Below are positions 52,982-62,066 of a DNA stretch of 64,000 bases, piece after piece. Positions within the stretch are counted from its first letter, which is position 1; each line of letters begins with the position of its first letter. The notes beneath the pieces were generated by a model that worked only from the letters and a program-made list of their open reading frames with translations, made no database searches and was not told the origin of the DNA. The stretch lies in contig CACJQQ010000005.1 of the NCBI GenBank assembly GCA_902595625.1, positions 4,719 through 68,718 of the forward strand, in the 5' to 3' direction. Source of the stretch: an uncultured Pelagibacteraceae bacterium (lineage in GTDB: Bacteria > Pseudomonadota > Alphaproteobacteria > Pelagibacterales > Pelagibacteraceae). A program made the position numbers and the translations under genes.

Positions 52982-54055
52982 ATGTTAAAATTTTCCAATC
53001 AAATAGTTAATGGAGATTGTTTAAAGGAAATAAAAAATATTCCTGATAAATCTTTTGATTTAGTTTTTGCTGACCCTCCTTACAATATGCAGATTGGTGA
53101 AAAATTAACTCGCCCCGATGCGAGCAAAGTGAATGGTGTAAATGATAAGTGGGATCAGTTTAATAGTTTCAAACATTACGATGAATTCTGCATTGCTTGG
53201 CTTAATGGGTGTAAAAGAATTCTTAAAGACAATGGAAGTATTTGGGTAATAGGGTCTTATCATAATATTTTTCGTCTAGGTTTTCACTTACAAAATTTAG
53301 ATTACTGGCTGCTTAATGATGTCATCTGGAGAAAGAATAATCCTATGCCAAATTTTAGAGGTACACGATTTACTAATGCACATGAAACTCTTGTCTGGGC
53401 TTCAAAAAACAAGAAATCAAAATATACGTTTAATTATCAATCGTTAAAATGTTTAAATGATGACTTACAGATGAGATCGGACTGGTTATTGCCTATTTGC
53501 AACGGAAAAGAAAGGCTTAAGAAAAATGGAAAAAAAATCCATTCTACACAAAAACCAGAAGCGCTTTTACATAGAATTATTTTAGCGACCACAAACAAAG
53601 GTGATGCCATCTTTGATCCTTTTTTAGGTACTGGAACGACAGCAGTGGTGGCTAAAAAATTAGGTAGAAAATATTTTGGTATAGAAAGAGATAAAAAGTA
53701 TTTTAAAGCTGCTAGTGAACGAGTAAAAAAAACTAAGGTAATTGAGGATGAATACCTAGATACTGTTGAAAACAATAAGTCAAAACCAAGGATACCTTTT
53801 GGTTCTCTAGTGGAACTTGGAATATTAAAGCCTGGTACTACCCTATTTGATCCAAAGAAGAAGATTAATGCTAAAATTATGGCTGATGGAAGTATTAAGT
53901 ATAAAGAATCAGAAGGTTCTATTCATAAAGTCGCAGCAACAATTATGGGAGCCGAAAGCTATAATGGTTGGACTTATTGGCATTGTAACATTAATGGATC
54001 CACTGTTGTAATTGATAGTTTAAGACAAAAATTTATTACTGAAACTAAAGCCTAA
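52982..54055 (+). CDS. ccrM: Cell-cycle-regulated GANTC adenine methyltransferase (beta class)
   Basis: DPPY, NPMPNFRGTRFTNAHETL, QMRSDW, HSTQKP and DPFLGTGTT motifs; C-terminal GSIH..NGWTYW domain; next to rnhB; no restriction partner. Confidence 0.93.
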   Translation: MLKFSNQIVNGDCLKEIKNIPDKSFDLVFADPPYNMQIGEKLTRPDASKVNGVNDKWDQFNSFKHYDEFCIAWLNGCKRILKDNGSIWVIGSYHNIFRLGFHLQNLDYWLLNDVIWRKNNPMPNFRGTRFTNAHETLVWASKNKKSKYTFNYQSLKCLNDDLQMRSDWLLPICNGKERLKKNGKKIHSTQKPEALLHRIILATTNKGDAIFDPFLGTGTTAVVAKKLGRKYFGIERDKKYFKAASERVKKTKVIEDEYLDTVENNKSKPRIPFGSLVELGILKPGTTLFDPKKKINAKIMADGSIKYKESEGSIHKVAATIMGAESYNGWTYWHCNINGSTVVIDSLRQKFITETKA

Positions 54056-55185
54056 TTCTTATAAACTTTACCTAAGTACCTTTTTACAAAAAATCTACGT
54101 TTTACCAAAAACTTCAAAAATAGATTTCTAATATTTTGCATAATTTTGCTTGAAAAGTGAAATGCGAAGAAATTAAAATTTGATCTACTTCTAATAATTT
54201 TTGCCCTCTTTGATCTAATTTCAAAATAATTATTTTCTTTATCAAGCTTATCTTTTGTCAATAAATTAAATATTTCAAAAGCACTTTCTATAGACTGGCC
54301 AGCACCTTGCGCAAGAGTTGGTAAAAATCCATTAAAAGCATCTCCAATATAAAATACCTTTTTATTGGAAGAAGGAATAATTTTTGGAGTAAAATATAAA
54401 GGCCATGTTTTTATTTCATTCTCAAATATATTTTTTAATTTTGAATTTTGCTTTAAAATTATTTCTTGAACTAACTGTTTGACATTATCAGGTTCATATT
54501 TTTTACATCTCATTATACAAACCATATTAAGTTCTTTTTTTTTATTTATTGGATAAAGAACAATATGACTGTTACTTCCAAGCATTAAACTTATATTTTC
54601 CTCATTAATATCAAATTCAAATTTTGAATTTAATATTACTCTTGCTGCAATAGCTTTTTTAAATGTTGGCTCATTTTTTTTCACTTCAAAAAATGACCTG
54701 GTGTTTGAAAATATTCCATCGGCAGCAATGACGAAATCTACCAGATCATTTGTGTTATCATCAAATTTGATAAGAACTTTGTCTTTTAGCTCAGAGACTT
54801 CTTTTATTTTTTTTCCAAATCTTAAATGCTGAGTGTAAATATCTTCTTTCAAAAATTCGATTAAAGTAGATCTTTGAAGTGTTGTGTATTTTGCTTCAGG
54901 GCTATTAAACTTAGATAAATTCAAATCACATATTTTTTCATTTTGTATATTGTAAAAATCTATTGTTTTTGGGTGAAAAATTTTTTCATAATTGATTTTA
55001 TTAAAACTTATTTGATTTAGAATTTTGACACTGTTTGTGGCTAATTGAATACCATATCCCTCCTCAAGAGACAGACTTTCTTCTCTTTCATAAACCATAA
55101 ATTCATGATCCGTAAATTTTTTAATTAAGTTTGATAAAGTTAATCCTGCTATGCCAGCGCCGATTATTGCAATTTTCTTTTTCAT
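54052..55185 (-). CDS. FAD-dependent monooxygenase (group A, salicylate hydroxylase-like)
   Basis: GAGIAG, ADGIFS and IGDA...P..AQGA motifs. Confidence 0.85.
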   Translation of the reverse strand: MKKKIAIIGAGIAGLTLSNLIKKFTDHEFMVYEREESLSLEEGYGIQLATNSVKILNQISFNKINYEKIFHPKTIDFYNIQNEKICDLNLSKFNSPEAKYTTLQRSTLIEFLKEDIYTQHLRFGKKIKEVSELKDKVLIKFDDNTNDLVDFVIAADGIFSNTRSFFEVKKNEPTFKKAIAARVILNSKFEFDINEENISLMLGSNSHIVLYPINKKKELNMVCIMRCKKYEPDNVKQLVQEIILKQNSKLKNIFENEIKTWPLYFTPKIIPSSNKKVFYIGDAFNGFLPTLAQGAGQSIESAFEIFNLLTKDKLDKENNYFEIRSKRAKIIRSRSNFNFFAFHFSSKIMQNIRNLFLKFLVKRRFFVKRYLGKVYKN

Positions 55186-56186
55186 TAGAATAAAGTTGAA
55201 ACCTGATTAAATATTCTTTTAGTAAAACTTGGAATAAATTCTTTATTATTATTTAAAGAGTACCAATTGTATGATTTTGGAATCTTATTTGAAAATTTAT
55301 AATATAAATTAATATTTAGATTTAAATTTGAAATAGAATTCTTATAATTTTTTAAAAATTTCCAATCTTTATTTATAGAATTATTTTTCATTTCTTTTAT
55401 TAATGGTAAATTAAAATTTTTGAGAAATTTTATTTCATTCTCTTTTGTTAAAGCTATTTGTTTTTTTTTACTCACATAACAGAAAATATTATAATTCATA
55501 ACTTTTATTTTTTTTCTTTTATTAGTTTCAATCTTATTTGATGATTTTAAATACCTACAACTTTTATTCAAACAACATTGACTACATTTTGGGTCTTTTG
55601 GCTTGCAAATTAAAGCTCCAAATTCCATTAATGCTTCAACAAAATCGGAGTTTCTTTCTGTAATAAAAAGATTTTTTTTATTAATATCAATTAACTTTTC
55701 ATAATTTATCTTTGACTCTTTTTTATTAAGATATCGTGCGAATACCCTTTTCACATTCCCATCTATAGCTATTGTTGGATAATTATGAATGAAACCCATT
55801 AATGCGTTAGCAGTATAATCTCCAACTCCTGGAAGTTTTTTGATTTCTTTTAAAGTATTCGGAAACTTAGAATTGTATTCTTTAACTAATAATTTCGCTG
55901 ATGCCAACAAATTTCTGGCTCTTCTGTAGTAACCTAAACCTTCCCACATTTTTAGAATTTGTGTTTCATTTGCTTTAGATAGAGACTCGAGTGTTTTATA
56001 TTTTTTTGTAAATTTTTTAAAATAAGGAATGACTGTTTTTACTTGCGTTTGTTGCAGCATAAACTCGCTTAATAGTCTGTAATAGAGCTTTTTTGGTGAT
56101 TTTTTGCTAACACGCCAAGGTAAGTTTCTTTTGCTATTATCATACCATGCAAGAATTTTTTTTGATAAAGTCGGATTTAAATGCAT
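55185..56186 (-). CDS. mutY: A/G-specific adenine glycosylase
   Basis: RNLPWR, MLQQTQV, WEGLGYYRRA, LPGVGDYTA, DGNV and CX6CX2CX5C. Start set at ATG 56186. Confidence 0.95.
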   Translation of the reverse strand: MHLNPTLSKKILAWYDNSKRNLPWRVSKKSPKKLYYRLLSEFMLQQTQVKTVIPYFKKFTKKYKTLESLSKANETQILKMWEGLGYYRRARNLLASAKLLVKEYNSKFPNTLKEIKKLPGVGDYTANALMGFIHNYPTIAIDGNVKRVFARYLNKKESKINYEKLIDINKKNLFITERNSDFVEALMEFGALICKPKDPKCSQCCLNKSCRYLKSSNKIETNKRKKIKVMNYNIFCYVSKKKQIALTKENEIKFLKNFNLPLIKEMKNNSINKDWKFLKNYKNSISNLNLNINLYYKFSNKIPKSYNWYSLNNNKEFIPSFTKRIFNQVSTLF

Positions 56187-56666
56187 AGTAAAAATAATAA
56201 TAAAACTTATAAGCACATACAAGGGCTTCGACCTTTTTCTAGCTCTGTGCCAAAAACTCTTAAAAAATATTTAAAAAAAGGAGGGTACAATTATTCAAAC
56301 ATTGTCGACAATTGGACAAAAATGGTGAGCAAAAAAATTTCTGACTCTTGTTATCCTGTGAAAATCAGAATGGGGTCGAATATGAAAGATGGTACACTAG
56401 TTCTTAACGTGGTTCACGGTAAAGAAATGGAAATGGAGTATGAAAAAAAAGAAATAATTGACAAAATCAACAGCTTTTTTGGTTATAATTGTATAAGTCA
56501 TATTATTTTTAAAATTGTACAGGATAGAATAGTATCTAATAGTAGGGTTTTTCGAAAAATTAAAAACTTTTCTCAAATTGAGGAAAAAATGGACAAAGTG
56601 AGTAATAATAAGCTTAAAAACTCTTTAAGTAATTTTTTAAAAGCATTTAATGAAAAGAAAACATAA
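56181..56666 (+). CDS. DUF721/DciA family protein
   Basis: NWTKMV..I...CYP, GTLVL and IIDKINSFFGY motifs; mutY/DUF721-dsbA-smc order. Confidence 0.8.
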   Translation: MHSKNNNKTYKHIQGLRPFSSSVPKTLKKYLKKGGYNYSNIVDNWTKMVSKKISDSCYPVKIRMGSNMKDGTLVLNVVHGKEMEMEYEKKEIIDKINSFFGYNCISHIIFKIVQDRIVSNSRVFRKIKNFSQIEEKMDKVSNNKLKNSLSNFLKAFNEKKT

Positions 56667-57240
56667 TTTTTTTGTAATAATTTTTTTAACTTTTTTGACT
56701 TTTATTGTAAAAGCCGAAAGTAAAATATTAAGCATTGGGAATTCTGATGCTAAAGTTATAGTAAAAGTTTTTTCATCTTTAACATGTCCCCATTGTGCAA
56801 GTTTTCATGCTGTAATTTTCAATAATTTAAAAACAGATTATATTGATAAAGGTTTAGTAAGATTTGAACATCATGCTTTTCCTTTAGACTTAGCTGCTCT
56901 AAATGCTGAAGTTGTAATAAGATGTCAAAGCAACAATGATAAAAGGTTTGAATTATTAGAGGAAATTTATAATAAACAAAAAAAGTGGGCTGTTGGCTCT
57001 GATATCAATAAAATTAATGATTTAATTATAGATTTAGGATCTAATTTTGATTTAACTAAAGAAAAAATGCGCACTTGTTTAAATGATAATATCGCGCAAG
57101 ATGAGATACTAAACCAAAGGATTGAAGCTCAAAAAAAATATAAGATTGAGTCCACTCCAACAATTATAGTAAACGAAAAAAAATATACAAACAAAATGGA
57201 TTATAAAGAATTTAAAAAAATTATTGAGAAAAATTTATAA
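56650..57240 (+). CDS. DsbA-family thioredoxin-fold protein
   Basis: Signal peptide, SLTCPHCA, FPLD and cis-Pro loop STPT. Confidence 0.9.
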   Translation: MKRKHNFFVIIFLTFLTFIVKAESKILSIGNSDAKVIVKVFSSLTCPHCASFHAVIFNNLKTDYIDKGLVRFEHHAFPLDLAALNAEVVIRCQSNNDKRFELLEEIYNKQKKWAVGSDINKINDLIIDLGSNFDLTKEKMRTCLNDNIAQDEILNQRIEAQKKYKIESTPTIIVNEKKYTNKMDYKEFKKIIEKNL

Positions 57241-57243
57241 TAA

Positions 57244-59688
57244 ATGAAGTTCAAACAACTAGACATAACCGGCTTTAAGTCTTTTTCTGAAAAAACAACA
57301 TTTTTAATCGAAAATGGATTAACAGGAATTGTGGGTCCCAACGGATGTGGTAAGTCAAACATTGTAGAGTCTCTTAGATGGTGTATGGGAGAAAACTCTG
57401 CAAAAAGTATGAGAGGAAGTGGCATGGAAGATGTTATTTTTTCTGGTACCTCAAATAGGTCATCCAAAAATATATCTGAAGTTTCTTTATTTCTTGATAA
57501 TAAAAATAAGGAAGGTCCAGCTCAGTTTAAAGAATTTGATGAAGTGATTGTAAAAAGAAAAATTGAAAAGGATAAGGGTTCCAAATATTATATTAATAAT
57601 AAAGAGGTAAGAGCTAGAGATGTACAAACATTATTTGCAGATTTATCAACCGGAGCTCATTCTCCATCTTTAATAAGTCAAGGAAGAATTGGTCAGCTTG
57701 TAACATCAAAACCTATTGAAAGAAAATCTATTTTAGAAGAAGCGGCAGGAATATCAGGAATACATGCTAGAAGACAAGAAGCCGAAACAAGATTAAATGC
57801 AGCCGAAAATAATCTTAAGAGAGCGGACGAACTTAAAAAACAACAACAAAAACAATTAGATAATTTAAAAAAACAAGCTGAGGAAGCGACAAAATACAAG
57901 GAAATTTCAAGAGAAATTAAGCGAATAGAAGCTGGTTTATATTACTTGAAAATAAGAGAAATTGAAAAAGACAAAAAACAAATAGTTGAAAGATTAAGTG
58001 AACTAGAAGATGAAATTAGTGCAATCAGTATAGATTTTAATCATAACAATTCTCTTTTAGAAGAAGAGGGTAAAAAACTCTCTCCTCTACGTGATAAAAA
58101 AATGGAAAGTGCTGCTAGTTTACAAAAACTTAATTTAGATATGTCAGGTTTGATAGAGGAAGAAGCAAGAGTAAAATCACTGCAAGACAAACTAGAAAAA
58201 TCAATAAAAACAATTGGGTCAGATCTTGAGCGAGAAAAAAGTATTTCTCTAGATGCAGATCTGAATGAGAAAAGAATTTCTAAAGAAAAAGAGGAATTAT
58301 TAAAAACTGAAAATGAATTAGTAAAAGTAGAGACTAAATCATCAAAAGAATTAAAAGACTCAAAATCTCGATTAGAGGAACTTCAAATAAGATTGGACGA
58401 TATGTTAAATAAAATTGAAAAAGATATAGATGACAATAAAAAACTTACTAAAAAAGTTTTTGGTGAATTAAAGCAATTAGTAAGAAAAATTACATCATCG
58501 CAAGAAGAGTATGCAGAAAAATATGGAAAAGATAAGTCAATTCAAAGCGACTCGATTAAAAGAAAAGAGAGAATAAAAAACATTGATATAGAGCTAGAAA
58601 ATTGGAGAAATTTAAAATCAAATTCAGAAAAAATGATTTCTGAATTAGCAGATCGGAAATCTAAAATTCAATCAGAGTTATCAGAAAATCAAAAAAATCC
58701 TGAGCGAATAGCTACCTCAAAAGGTCAAAATTTACAAAACTTAGAAAATACAAAAAAAAGAAACGAAGAAATAGAAAAAGAATTATCAGAAGCAGAGAAA
58801 AAATATAATGCTATAAACCAAAATATAAAAGAAATTCAATTAAAGCTTTCTGAATTAAAGGAGAAAAAAGCGAGGAACGAAGCTACTATTGAGGGAATAG
58901 AAAACAGGAAAAAAGATTTATTACACTCTGTAAAAAATGAACTTAATATTCAAAGTGAAAATGAAATATTGCCACAGTCTGATTTAAATCAAATTTCTCC
59001 TGATAAATTACCATCATTAGATGAGCAATCAAAAAAGTCATCTAAGGTAAGAAAACAAAGAGAGTCTATGGGTTCAGTAAATCTTAGAGCAGATGAAGAA
59101 ACTAAAAAATATGAAACTGAAATTCAAAAAATGGAAGATGACAGATCAGATCTTTACTCGGCTATCGTTAAGTTAAAAACAAGTATAGATGAGCTTAATC
59201 AAAAAGGGAGAGAGCGTTTATTAGATGCTTTTACAAAAGTTAACAGAAAATTTAATGAGGTTTACACAAAATTATTTAATGGCGGTAGTGCAAAAATAGA
59301 ATTGGTTGACTCAGATGACCCTTTGGAAGCTGGTTTAGAAATGTATGTGTCTCCACCCGGAAAAAGGTTACAATCAATTACTCTTTTATCAGGTGGAGAG
59401 CAAGCCTTAACAGCTTTATCATTAGTCTTTGCAGTATTTTTGGTAAATCCATCTCCGATTTGTGTTTTAGATGAGGTAGATGCTCCATTAGATGATGCCA
59501 ATGTTACTCGTTTCTGCGGGTTACTAGATGAACTTACTAAAATTACAAATACAAAATTTATTATTATCACCCATCACGCTCTTACGATGTCTCGAATGCA
59601 TAGATTATATGGTGTAACAATGGCTGAGCAAGGAGTAAGTCAATTAGTGTCTGTTGACCTACAAAAAGCTGAAGAATTAGTCGCATAA
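57244..59688 (+). CDS. smc: Chromosome segregation protein SMC, short form
   Basis: GFKSF, GPNGCGKSN, Q-loop SQG, LSGGE, LDEVDAPLD and ITH motifs; GSVNLRA; only 814 aa. Confidence 0.92.
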   Translation: MKFKQLDITGFKSFSEKTTFLIENGLTGIVGPNGCGKSNIVESLRWCMGENSAKSMRGSGMEDVIFSGTSNRSSKNISEVSLFLDNKNKEGPAQFKEFDEVIVKRKIEKDKGSKYYINNKEVRARDVQTLFADLSTGAHSPSLISQGRIGQLVTSKPIERKSILEEAAGISGIHARRQEAETRLNAAENNLKRADELKKQQQKQLDNLKKQAEEATKYKEISREIKRIEAGLYYLKIREIEKDKKQIVERLSELEDEISAISIDFNHNNSLLEEEGKKLSPLRDKKMESAASLQKLNLDMSGLIEEEARVKSLQDKLEKSIKTIGSDLEREKSISLDADLNEKRISKEKEELLKTENELVKVETKSSKELKDSKSRLEELQIRLDDMLNKIEKDIDDNKKLTKKVFGELKQLVRKITSSQEEYAEKYGKDKSIQSDSIKRKERIKNIDIELENWRNLKSNSEKMISELADRKSKIQSELSENQKNPERIATSKGQNLQNLENTKKRNEEIEKELSEAEKKYNAINQNIKEIQLKLSELKEKKARNEATIEGIENRKKDLLHSVKNELNIQSENEILPQSDLNQISPDKLPSLDEQSKKSSKVRKQRESMGSVNLRADEETKKYETEIQKMEDDRSDLYSAIVKLKTSIDELNQKGRERLLDAFTKVNRKFNEVYTKLFNGGSAKIELVDSDDPLEAGLEMYVSPPGKRLQSITLLSGGEQALTALSLVFAVFLVNPSPICVLDEVDAPLDDANVTRFCGLLDELTKITNTKFIIITHHALTMSRMHRLYGVTMAEQGVSQLVSVDLQKAEELVA

Positions 59689-59694
59689 ATAATA

Positions 59695-59979
59695 ATGACA
59701 AATTCTGAAGATTTTAAAACTCGCCTAAAAATTGCAAAATCAAAAATTAAAAAACAAGTTATTTCAGATCGTGAGAAAAGAGGCTCATTTATGGGTAGTG
59801 CATTCAAATTAGGCACTGAATTGGTATCAGCAGTTGCAGTTGGGACAATAATTGGGTTTATTTTAGATAGTTGGTTTGATACTAAACCTTGGTTAATAAT
59901 AATTTTCTTTTTTTTAGGGGCGGGTGCAGGCATGTTGAACGTAATAAGGACCGCTAACCGAATGCAAAAAGAAGACTAA
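59695..59979 (+). CDS. atpI: AtpZ/AtpI family membrane protein
   Basis: ELVSAV..G..IG..LD..F.TKPW pattern; first gene of the F0 operon. Confidence 0.88.
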   Translation: MTNSEDFKTRLKIAKSKIKKQVISDREKRGSFMGSAFKLGTELVSAVAVGTIIGFILDSWFDTKPWLIIIFFFLGAGAGMLNVIRTANRMQKED

Positions 59980-59991
59980 TTTAAGGAATTT

Positions 59992-60726
59992 ATGGCAAGT
60001 AATCCAATGCAACAATTTAGCGTCCATAAAATTGGGCCTGAAATAAAAATTGCGGGAATAGATTTGTCTTTTACAAACGCTAGTCTATTCATGGTTATTA
60101 GCGCTTCGATTATATTGTTATTCTTGTTCCTTGGAACAAAAGAAAAAAAAATTGTTCCAAATAAAATTCAACTAATTGCTGAGATGTTCTATACCTTTGT
60201 TGCCAAAATGATAAGTGATACAGCAGGCTCTAAAGCAAAACCTTATTTCCCCTTTATATTTAGTTTATTTATGTTTGTTTTATTTTGTAATATGGTTGGA
60301 ATGTTACCCTACTCGTTTACGGTTACTAGCCATATTATCGTTACTTTAATTATGGCACTTTTTATTTTTATTGCAGTAACCTTAATAGGATTTGCCAAAC
60401 ATGGATTTAAATATTTAAGTATTTTCGTCCCAAGTGGAGTTCCAGCTGTATTATTGCCATTGATTACTGTAATTGAAATTATTTCATACTTAAGCAGGCC
60501 AGTCAGTTTATCTGTAAGATTGTTTGCAAATATGATGGCGGGACATACAATGTTAAAAGTTTTTGGTGGTTTTGTTATAAGTCTAGGATTACTTGGCGGA
60601 TGGTTACCGCTTGGTTTTTCAATAGCATTAACTGGCTTGGAAATATTAGTAGCGTTTCTACAAGCTTACGTTTTTGCAATATTAACCTGCATCTATTTAA
60701 ATGATGCATTAAATTTACATCATTAA
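59992..60726 (+). CDS. atpB: ATP synthase F0 subunit a
   Basis: RPVSLSVRLFANMMAGH and LQAYVF motifs. Confidence 0.98.
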   Translation: MASNPMQQFSVHKIGPEIKIAGIDLSFTNASLFMVISASIILLFLFLGTKEKKIVPNKIQLIAEMFYTFVAKMISDTAGSKAKPYFPFIFSLFMFVLFCNMVGMLPYSFTVTSHIIVTLIMALFIFIAVTLIGFAKHGFKYLSIFVPSGVPAVLLPLITVIEIISYLSRPVSLSVRLFANMMAGHTMLKVFGGFVISLGLLGGWLPLGFSIALTGLEILVAFLQAYVFAILTCIYLNDALNLHH

Positions 60727-60732
60727 TTAATA

Positions 60733-60739
60733 AAGGAGG
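60733..60739 (+). promoter_or_regulatory. Strong Shine-Dalgarno of atpE
   Basis: AAGGAGG ending 4 nt before the ATG at 60744. Confidence 0.8.
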
Positions 60740-60743
60740 AAAA

Positions 60744-60971
60744 ATGGAGTTAGAAGCGGCAAAAATGATTGGAGCAGGTCTTGCTGCAATCGCATTAGCA
60801 GGAGCTGGAGTAGGTATCGGAATTATTTTTGGTAACTATCTTTCTGGCGCAATGAGAAATCCGTCTGCAGCTCAAAAACAATTCCCTAACTTGCTTTTAG
60901 GGTTTGCTTTAGCAGAGGCGACTGGACTTTTCGGTCTTGTAGTAGCTTTAATTATTTTATTTGCATTTTAA
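60744..60971 (+). CDS. atpE: ATP synthase F0 subunit c
   Basis: GAGVGIG, RNP and FALAEA (proton-carrying Glu). Confidence 0.98.
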   Translation: MELEAAKMIGAGLAAIALAGAGVGIGIIFGNYLSGAMRNPSAAQKQFPNLLLGFALAEATGLFGLVVALIILFAF

Positions 60972-60981
60972 ATAAATAATT

Positions 60982-61557
60982 ATGAATAAATACTTTGGTT
61001 TTATTATAGCTTTAATAGCTACACAAAATAATTTGTTTGCAGCTGAGGCGGGCATGCCTCAGCTGGATCCAAAGTATTGGGCATCGCAAGCTTTTTGGTT
61101 GATTTTAGTTTTTACAATTTTGTATATTTCTATAGCGAAATTTTATCTTCCAAAAATTAAAAATAATTTAGATACCCGTGAAAATAGAATTAAGGATGAT
61201 TTAGAGGATGCTAATAAATTTAAAGAATTATCTGAATCAAAACTTAAAGAGTACGAAAAGATTTTAGATGATGCCAAAAAAGAAGTTATTAAAATTCACA
61301 TAGAATCAAAAAATACTTTGGATAAAGACATTAAAACAAAAAAAGAAACTATTGAAAAAGAAATTGAAAAAGAAATTGTAAAAGCTCAAAAAGAAATGAG
61401 CGATCTGAAAAAAAACTCTTTAAAGGATGTTCAAAAAATATCAGAAAATATCGCTTCAAATATTATCGAGACAATTTCTGGTGATAAACTTAATGAAAGC
61501 AGTATTAAAGCAACGGTTGAAGATATTTCAAAAAAAAACTTAGGTAAATATTTATGA
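60982..61557 (+). CDS. ATP synthase F0 subunit b'
   Basis: GMPQLD..SQAFW, TM helix and coiled coil. Confidence 0.93.
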   Translation: MNKYFGFIIALIATQNNLFAAEAGMPQLDPKYWASQAFWLILVFTILYISIAKFYLPKIKNNLDTRENRIKDDLEDANKFKELSESKLKEYEKILDDAKKEVIKIHIESKNTLDKDIKTKKETIEKEIEKEIVKAQKEMSDLKKNSLKDVQKISENIASNIIETISGDKLNESSIKATVEDISKKNLGKYL

Positions 61558-62051
61558 TGATTGATGCAACTTTTTGGGTAATGATATCCTTTTTTGCTTT
61601 TATAGGATTGCTAATATATTTTAAGATTCCTCATAAAATTAAAACTGCTTTAGATGAAAATATTAATAATATAAAAAACCAAATTGATGAAGCTGATAAA
61701 CTCAAAGAGGATGCTAAAAATATCTTAACAGAACATGAAAAAAAAATTAGTAATTCCAAAGCTGAAGTAAAAGAAATGATAAGTAAAGCAAATGAAGAAG
61801 CAGATAAAAATGCGTTAAAAGTAAATCAAGATTTTCATAATTTAATGGAATCTAGAAAGAAAAACGCTGAAGAAAGAATTAAACAACTTAAAAATCAGGC
61901 TTTAAAAGATATTAAAAATGCCTCGGTAAAAGTAGCTATAGACTCAGTCGAAAAACTCATAAAAAACTCGTTGGATAAAAGCAAATTAGATAAAATTTAC
62001 AGCTCTAGTCTTGAGGAAACAAAATTAGCACTTAAGAAAAAATCTAGTTAG
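61554..62051 (+). CDS. atpF: ATP synthase F0 subunit b
   Basis: DATFWV, TM helix and coiled coil. Confidence 0.93.
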   Translation: MMIDATFWVMISFFAFIGLLIYFKIPHKIKTALDENINNIKNQIDEADKLKEDAKNILTEHEKKISNSKAEVKEMISKANEEADKNALKVNQDFHNLMESRKKNAEERIKQLKNQALKDIKNASVKVAIDSVEKLIKNSLDKSKLDKIYSSSLEETKLALKKKSS

Positions 62052-62066
62052 AATAGCCATAAAAAT

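Noticed and set aside
52982-54055. Methyltransferase as part of a restriction-modification or defence system
   Set aside because: No endonuclease is adjacent, and the motifs and rnhB synteny match the orphan CcrM.
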